Assembly (NCBI GenBank): GCA_963705505.1
Contig: CAVPJU010000001.1
Location: forward strand, 64,001 to 128,000
DNA length: 64,000 nt
Direction of reading: 5' to 3'
From: an uncultured bacterium
GTDB lineage: Bacteria > Desulfobacterota_D > UBA1144 > Nemesobacterales > UBA2774
This document shows, piece after piece, positions 58,550-64,000 of this stretch; position 1 is the first letter of the stretch, and every line of letters starts with the position of its first letter. The notes under the pieces are model-generated. The model saw nothing but the letters and a program-made list of their open reading frames with translations. It was not told where the DNA came from and ran no database searches. A program made the position numbers and the translations under genes.

Positions 58550-59395
58550 TTAATTTCTATTTTTCGTGGCTGTTTTTTCTTCATAGTTTATAAAAAACTT
58601 TAATATTGCCGAGTTCCAGCCGGAAGGGCCTTCCCCATCCGCAAGGATCAGGTTTTCGAGTTCGAATCCGCTTTCGTATATTCCGCCCTTTTTGCGGACC
58701 AGTACCGGAAAATCTACTGCTCTCAGCATCGGAAGGTCGTTCAGGCTATCCCCGATTCCTATCGTAGTGAGTTTACCCGACTCCGTTTTGTATAGACCGC
58801 TGACAATTTCTACCGCTTTCCCTTTGTCGTTTTCCCCGAGAATATGGTGGAACCTGCTTCCCCGGGTGTGGTTATACCCTTTTTCACGTAATTTTCTCCT
58901 GACTGTTTCAACCCCGGACTCATCTCCATATATAAGGAAGGGTTCACTGTAACTCCTCTCCCCGGCCAGTCCTGCCGATTCTTCATTGAGTCCTGTAGAT
59001 TCCATTATCTCGGAGACGGACATATCGGATATAGACTTCATATCTATCCCCGTTTCTTTCGCAACGGACCTCAGAACACCCCTCAGAGTTTCTCGCGGGC
59101 TCCCGGGCTCGATTACATGATATCCGTTTAATTTTTTATCGTAATTGAATTCGTGTGAGAAATATCCTTCCGGTATGAAGATGCCGCCGCCGTTTTCGGA
59201 TATGAACGGGTGGTTATTCCGGAGCAGCGATCTCTGTCTTTCAATCTCTCCGCGGGATTTGCTCGTACAGATAATGACGGGGATTTTTTCTTTTTCCAGG
59301 AGACGCAGCGCAGGGAGCGCGGGTTCGAATGAATATGTATCGTGGTCGAGGAGCGTTCCGTCGAGGTCCGTAAATATTAAGAATCTGTCAGGCAT
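58550..59395 (-). CDS. Mannosyl/glucosyl-3-phosphoglycerate phosphatase (HAD, MpgP/GpgP family)
   Basis: FTDLDGTLL, CTSKS, PFISENG, YSEP, GDSLND; overlaps the synthase stop. Confidence 0.9.
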   Translation of the reverse strand: MPDRFLIFTDLDGTLLDHDTYSFEPALPALRLLEKEKIPVIICTSKSRGEIERQRSLLRNNHPFISENGGGIFIPEGYFSHEFNYDKKLNGYHVIEPGSPRETLRGVLRSVAKETGIDMKSISDMSVSEIMESTGLNEESAGLAGERSYSEPFLIYGDESGVETVRRKLREKGYNHTRGSRFHHILGENDKGKAVEIVSGLYKTESGKLTTIGIGDSLNDLPMLRAVDFPVLVRKKGGIYESGFELENLILADGEGPSGWNSAILKFFINYEEKTATKNRN

Positions 59396-60596
59396 TGTCC
59401 TTTTCAACCGCTTCCTGCAGCATGTCGAGAATATCCGGGATGGCCGAGGTTACCCTGCTCCAGTTGGGGATCAGCGGCGAGCCCAAAGGGTCTTCGAGAA
59501 ATTGCCGGCTCGCTATCCTTATGCCGTTGGCGAAAGTCTCGACGGCGAGCACCTCTGCGTGCCTGTCGAAAAATAGACCGTTGATAGCCGCGTCGTCTTC
59601 ATACATTTTTATAGTATCCTGGGCGATTCTTAGATACGTGACCAGGAATGTATTGAAGATGTTGTCCGAGAAGGTTACGCCTTCGGACGACAGTGTCCTG
59701 AAGAGCGATTTCGATATATCCGCGCACATTTTGAGGAGCCCCCCTGTCTGGTCGTCCGGCGACACCTGCTGGTGCTTATGTTCGTAATTATCGGCGATGT
59801 CGACCTGGCATATCCTCTTTAGCGAGACGTTCCTGAATACCTCGGCGAGCGAGCCGACTTCGAGTCCCCAGTCTGCGGGTATCCTGTTGACTCTCACGAG
59901 GTCGGTCTTCATCGAGAATTCCCCCGCGAGGGGGTATCTGAAACTGTCCAGATATACGAGGAACGGGAGAGGCCCGAAAATCTTTTTAAGTGCCCTTATT
60001 GCGGGTGATATGAAAAGCCTGGTGACCCTTCCGTACATCCTGTCCGTTACCCTCGAGTAATATCCTTTACAGAATTCATAGTCCATGTTCGGGTTTGCGA
60101 GGGGATAGCACAATCTTGCCAGGAGCTCACGGCTGTATGTGAGGATGTCGCAGTCATGGAGCACTATAACTTCGCTGGTATCTTCTGCCAGAACGTACCC
60201 GTATGCGATCCATGCCGCCCTCCCTTTTCCGGGATCACCCGCATCGAGGCCGTTCTCCTTCAATAGATTAAAGAGAGAAGATATCCTTTCCCCGTCGTCC
60301 CAGATAATCTTATGGTTCTTCGGAAGGACGGAGAAAAACTCCCGGGCATGCCTGAATTCTTCTTCGTTCGCCCTCCCCAATGTTATAACTATCTCGTTCA
60401 GGTATGTAACGTCTTTTAGTTTTTTCAGGATATCTTTAAGGGCTTTTCTCTTGAGCTCCGAATAAAGACAGGGAAGCACGAGCGCTATAGGCCGCGTCTC
60501 GCAGAATTCCTGCAGCTGTTCTTCCAATTGCTCAACATTTTTCTTGTTGAGTCTGTGTAGTGTCGAGAAAGTTTCGGTCTGATAAAAGTCGCCCAT
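59388..60596 (-). CDS. gpgS: Glucosyl-3-phosphoglycerate synthase (GpgS-type glycosyltransferase)
   Basis: MGDFYQ start, GKGR, HDCDI, CKGYY, GRVTRL, FRYPLAGEF, DWGLE, YEHKHQ. Confidence 0.85.
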   Translation of the reverse strand: MGDFYQTETFSTLHRLNKKNVEQLEEQLQEFCETRPIALVLPCLYSELKRKALKDILKKLKDVTYLNEIVITLGRANEEEFRHAREFFSVLPKNHKIIWDDGERISSLFNLLKENGLDAGDPGKGRAAWIAYGYVLAEDTSEVIVLHDCDILTYSRELLARLCYPLANPNMDYEFCKGYYSRVTDRMYGRVTRLFISPAIRALKKIFGPLPFLVYLDSFRYPLAGEFSMKTDLVRVNRIPADWGLEVGSLAEVFRNVSLKRICQVDIADNYEHKHQQVSPDDQTGGLLKMCADISKSLFRTLSSEGVTFSDNIFNTFLVTYLRIAQDTIKMYEDDAAINGLFFDRHAEVLAVETFANGIRIASRQFLEDPLGSPLIPNWSRVTSAIPDILDMLQEAVEKDNA

Positions 60597-60758
60597 ATCG
60601 ATCACCTCCCCCGCTCACGAGCTATAAATGATAGCATACGGGCATTCGACCTCATAACGTTTTTTTGCTAGTGCCGGGGGCACACACCGATAGAGAATGG
60701 CCGGGTGTTTAGTGTTTCAATCAGCGCGGGACCGAGCCCGAGGGTGTCATCGGTATTG

Positions 60759-61517
60759 TCATAGTCCGTCGGGCAGGTCTGATCTCAGCTTCTCGAGGAA
60801 TCCGTAGTTCGTGAGGTCGAGGCTTATGGGTGTCACGGAGACGTACCCGTCCCTCACGGCGGCTATGTCCGAATTTTCTATCTCGAGCGAGCCCAGTTCG
60901 TATCCGCCTATCCAGTAGTACTTTTTCCCCCTCGGGTCCACCTTCTCGACTATTGGTTCTCCGTACACGCGCTTTCCCTGCCTTGTCACCAGAATCCCCT
61001 TTATCTTTTCGATCGGCAGATCGGGTATGTTCACGTTTAATATAGTATCCTGTGGGAGATTTCTTTCTAAAACATAGCTTGCGATAAGCTGCGAATAACG
61101 GGAAGCGGCATCGAAGTTGAAGTTAACCTTGGTCGCAAGCGATATTGCGAGGGAAGGTATGCCGAGGAGCGCTCCCTCCATGGCTGCGCTCACTGTCCCC
61201 GAATAGGTTATATCGTCTCCCAGGTTCTCTCCCTTGTTGATACCCGAGACAACGAGATCGGGTTTGTTTTCTTTGAGGATACCGTTTACGGCGATGTTGA
61301 TGCAGTCGGTCGGGGTCCCGTCCACTATGTAAATATTATCCGATATTTTTTCGATCCTGAGCGGCCGGTAAAGGCTCAGTGAATGACTTACGGCGCTCTG
61401 GTCCCTGTCGGGGGCGACTACAAAAACCTCCCCGAGCGCTTTAAGAGTCTCATGGAGCTTATGAAGCCCTTCCGAATTTATTCCGTCGTCATTCGAGATG
61501 AGAATCGTTGGAGGCAT
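60759..61517 (-). CDS. surE: 5'/3'-nucleotidase SurE
   Basis: SNDDG, GTPTDC, SGINKGEN, YSGTVSAA. Confidence 0.96.
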   Translation of the reverse strand: MPPTILISNDDGINSEGLHKLHETLKALGEVFVVAPDRDQSAVSHSLSLYRPLRIEKISDNIYIVDGTPTDCINIAVNGILKENKPDLVVSGINKGENLGDDITYSGTVSAAMEGALLGIPSLAISLATKVNFNFDAASRYSQLIASYVLERNLPQDTILNVNIPDLPIEKIKGILVTRQGKRVYGEPIVEKVDPRGKKYYWIGGYELGSLEIENSDIAAVRDGYVSVTPISLDLTNYGFLEKLRSDLPDGL

Positions 61518-61629
61518 GTTTTCTTTACCGATTGAAAGGAAGCGCGGGATTAAGCAATACAAAATACACAATTAACCGCGTCGGGCAAGTTTTCTATATG
61601 ATCCTTCCGTAAGTAATCGTATCTTTACA

Positions 61630-61706
61630 TGGTCGGGGTGGCCGGAATCGAACCGGCGACCCTCGGCACCCCATGCCGATGCGCTACCAAGCTGCGCTAC
61701 ACCCCG
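61630..61706 (-). tRNA. tRNA-Pro (GGG)
   Basis: CGGGGTG acceptor stem, D-loop TTGGTA, anticodon arm TCGGC-ATGGGGT-GCCGA, GTTCGA T-loop, encoded CCA; 77 nt. Confidence 0.97.
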
Positions 61707-61752
61707 TATGAGTTTATGGAAATTTTTAATGGAAACAGGGGAAGGCGAACAA

Positions 61753-62097
61753 TTAACCCAGATTCTGCTTAATTGATTTCAATTCGCCCAGTATTTCATG
61801 CAGCAAAACGTTTACTTTTGTGCTGACTCGTTTCTGGTTAGATTCTTCTTTGAGCTTTTTCTTCGCGCCCGCTATTGTAAAGCTCTGCTCATAAAGCATA
61901 TTCTTGATTTTCATTATCGTGTGTATGGCTTCGCGGTCGTAGAGTCTCTGCGATTTCCTTCTGATCGGAGTTATTTCTTCGAATTCACTTTCCCAGTACC
62001 TCAATACATAAGGCTTTATGCCGGTAAAGTCGCTGACCTCTCCGATCCTGAAGTATATTTTATCCGGCAGACTTACTTCGGCTTTATTTTGCAGCAT
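61753..62097 (-). CDS. MerR-family HTH regulator (type usually found before tRNA-Pro-surE)
   Basis: YFRIGEVS, VLRYWESEF, FTIAGAK. Confidence 0.92.
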   Translation of the reverse strand: MLQNKAEVSLPDKIYFRIGEVSDFTGIKPYVLRYWESEFEEITPIRRKSQRLYDREAIHTIMKIKNMLYEQSFTIAGAKKKLKEESNQKRVSTKVNVLLHEILGELKSIKQNLG

Positions 62098-62104
62098 AGT
62101 TTAA

Positions 62105-62133
62105 AAATTAGACCACTTTGGTTTAATTGTCAA
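62105..62133 (-). promoter_or_regulatory. Putative sigma70 promoter of merR-like gene
   Basis: Minus strand TTGACA-17 nt-TAATTT. Confidence 0.45.
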
Positions 62134-62240
62134 GTATTGTTTACTAAGTATTTCATATAATTACGAGACAGGTGAGAGATGCATTTAATTTCTCTGATTG
62201 CCATTGTGATTATTTTATATTTCCCTTCGATACCGGGCGG

Positions 62241-63563
62241 TTAATAAGGACAGAACCGCGAGATAGCTCCGAGAGCCCTTTGTGCCGTAAACTGCTTCTT
62301 CTGCGATTTCTGGACACTTTCTTCGAAAGGGGGAAACAACCCGAAATTGATATTCATGGGCTGGAAATTCTTGATACCCGGGTCGGAAATGTAACCGAGA
62401 AGAGAGCCGATCGCAGTATCCGGGGAGGGCACAACAGGGTTTTTACCCATATAGACCTTTGCAGCGTTTATACCCGCCATAATGCCCATTGCGGCGGATT
62501 CGGCGTAGCCTTCGACGCCCACTATCTGCCCGGCAAAGAATATGAGGTCGTTACCGCAGAGCTGTAGCGTCGGACGAAGCAGCCTCGGGGAATCTATGTA
62601 CGTATTTCTGTGGATGCTCCCGAACCTCATGAACTCCGCGCGCTCAAGCCCCGGTATCATTCTGAAAACCCGCTTCTGTTCGGGATATTTGAGCTTGGTC
62701 TGGAATCCGACCATGTTGTACATCGAACATTTCATGTTTTCGGACCTTAGCTGGACAACGGCAAACGGTGTTTTCCCCGTGCGCGGGTCCCTCAGGCCCA
62801 CAGGACGCGCAGGGCCGAACCTTAACGTGTCTATGCCCCGCTCGGCTATCACTTCAACGGGAAGGCAGCTCTCGAAGTAGATTCCCGCTTCGAAATCCCT
62901 CGTCTCGATTTTCTCCGCCCTGAGTATCTCATCCACAAATCCGTAATACTCCTCTTTGTTCATGGGACAGTTCAGGTAATCGCCCTCCCCGTCCTCTCCC
63001 TTTTCATACCTCGATGCCCTGTAAACCTTCGAATTGTCTATGGAATCTCCGTCTATTATGGGTGATATGGCATCGTAAAAATACATGTGCTCGGAGCGGG
63101 ATAATTTCCGTATGTCTTCCGAGAGGGACTCCGACGTGAGCGGTCCGGTAGCGATGATGAGCGGCGCGGCTGGTGAGTGGGGGATGGCGCTGAATTCCTC
63201 TCTTATAATCTCTATATTCGGGTCTTTTTCAAGCTTATCCGTGATATACTGCGCGAATTTAGTCCGGTCGACAGCCAGCGCCTTACCCGCCGGGACACGG
63301 TTCATATCGGCCGCCTCTATCACTATTGAGCCCAGCCGTCTCATTTCCTCTTTCAGAATCCCGCTTGCATTCTCGAGTGAATCGGACTTGAGTGAATTAC
63401 TGCATACGAGCTCCCCCAGGTCCCCCGAATTGTGCGCCGGGGACGATTTGACCGGTCTCATCTCGTACAGTTTGACCTTTATGCCGAATTTCGATATCGC
63501 ATGGGCTGCTTCAGAGCCTGCAAGCCCTCCGCCCGCTACGATAATAGGTTTTTCGGATTTCAT
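62241..63563 (-). CDS. trmFO: FADH2-dependent tRNA (uracil-5-)-methyltransferase TrmFO (Gid)
   Basis: GGGLAGSEAA, ELVCSNS, YNMVGFQT, HRNTY, GVEGYAES, PMNINFG. Confidence 0.96.
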   Translation of the reverse strand: MKSEKPIIVAGGGLAGSEAAHAISKFGIKVKLYEMRPVKSSPAHNSGDLGELVCSNSLKSDSLENASGILKEEMRRLGSIVIEAADMNRVPAGKALAVDRTKFAQYITDKLEKDPNIEIIREEFSAIPHSPAAPLIIATGPLTSESLSEDIRKLSRSEHMYFYDAISPIIDGDSIDNSKVYRASRYEKGEDGEGDYLNCPMNKEEYYGFVDEILRAEKIETRDFEAGIYFESCLPVEVIAERGIDTLRFGPARPVGLRDPRTGKTPFAVVQLRSENMKCSMYNMVGFQTKLKYPEQKRVFRMIPGLERAEFMRFGSIHRNTYIDSPRLLRPTLQLCGNDLIFFAGQIVGVEGYAESAAMGIMAGINAAKVYMGKNPVVPSPDTAIGSLLGYISDPGIKNFQPMNINFGLFPPFEESVQKSQKKQFTAQRALGAISRFCPY

Positions 63564-63819
63564 GCACCTTATTCTACCTGAACGAAGCTTTAGCGTTTCC
63601 CGGTAGAGGTTTAAGCCTTACCGTGTTGATTATTTCCATCGCGGGATTATTTGGATAATTCCCCGGCTTTCGGTTGCCGGTTCTCTATGACAATTTAAGT
63701 CCCTGTCATACAATATTCGTCATATTAAAACATCAGTGATAACTGTGGGTTACATAGAATTCTTAAGAATTTATTGTTATTTTAGTAACTTATGTGCAAG
63801 TTAGGGGTTGAGCTTCCCA

Positions 63820-63835
63820 TGGCATAAATTTTGCT
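63820..63835 (+). promoter_or_regulatory. Sigma54 (-24/-12) promoter
   Basis: TGGCAT-AAATT-TTGCT, exact GG-N10-GC spacing, in an AT-rich intergenic region. Confidence 0.75.
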
Positions 63836-63869
63836 AATTTTTAGTATTACGGTATGGGGACAGATTGAC

Positions 63870-64000
63870 TTGAAAGTGGAAGAACAGTATAACGTGTCAT
63901 TGGACCTTAAGATCGGAATGGGCTGTATATTTAAGGATAGGGTGGGCAAAGATTACTGCCAGGAGCGTCCGGGAACAGCGGTCGGCTCAGGGAAAGGATA
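63870..64000 (+). CDS. Start of an unidentified protein (runs off window end)
   Basis: Frame open from TTG 63870 to the end (KVEEQYNVSLDLKIGMGCIFKD...), just downstream of the sigma54 site. Confidence 0.4.
   Translation, partial: MKVEEQYNVSLDLKIGMGCIFKDRVGKDYCQERPGTAVGSGKG

Noticed and set aside
61560..61760. tRNA-Pro as an integration site for an island
   Set aside because: No integrase or duplicated tRNA 3' end seen; merR-tRNA-Pro-surE order is intact

Overview
Gene-dense core chromosome of a Gram-negative (diderm) bacterium. Gene content and order suggest a deltaproteobacteria-like lineage such as Ca. Dadabacteria/Desulfobacterota, but this is inference and was not verified. Contents in order: partial zinc-ribbon protein; apbE; ribBA-ribH-nusB-trpD-trpC; a 480-bp spacer packed with several REP-like palindromes; a TolC-MFP-RND efflux cassette; Ogg2-type glycosylase; MltD with seven LysM domains; pfk; rhomboid; degenerate KdsC-like protein; queG; TamB-like protein; etfBA; murI/radA; Tat-exported beta-carbonic anhydrase; htpG-cupin-MoxR-VWA-(frameshifted) VOC; purU; acpH; FKBP; a polyhydroxyalkanoate locus (crt, phaB, phaC, two PhaE/PhaR-like paralogs, a phasin candidate); ccsA-like; prfA; zapB-zapA-ygfA-rny; ppdK; glyQS; purM; TonB-like; gpgS/gpgP; surE; tRNA-Pro(GGG); merR-like; trmFO; and a sigma54 promoter at the right edge. 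I found no integrase, transposase, prophage, CRISPR array or recognisable defence system. Best novelty candidates: the PHA synthase with two small accessory paralogs, a PPi-clade PFK with ATP-type/altered catalytic motifs, a KdsC-like pseudo-enzyme, the REP mosaic bracketing the efflux cassette, and the zapA-ygfA junction with no room for a canonical 6S RNA. All calls come from motif recognition by eye; no database searches were run.
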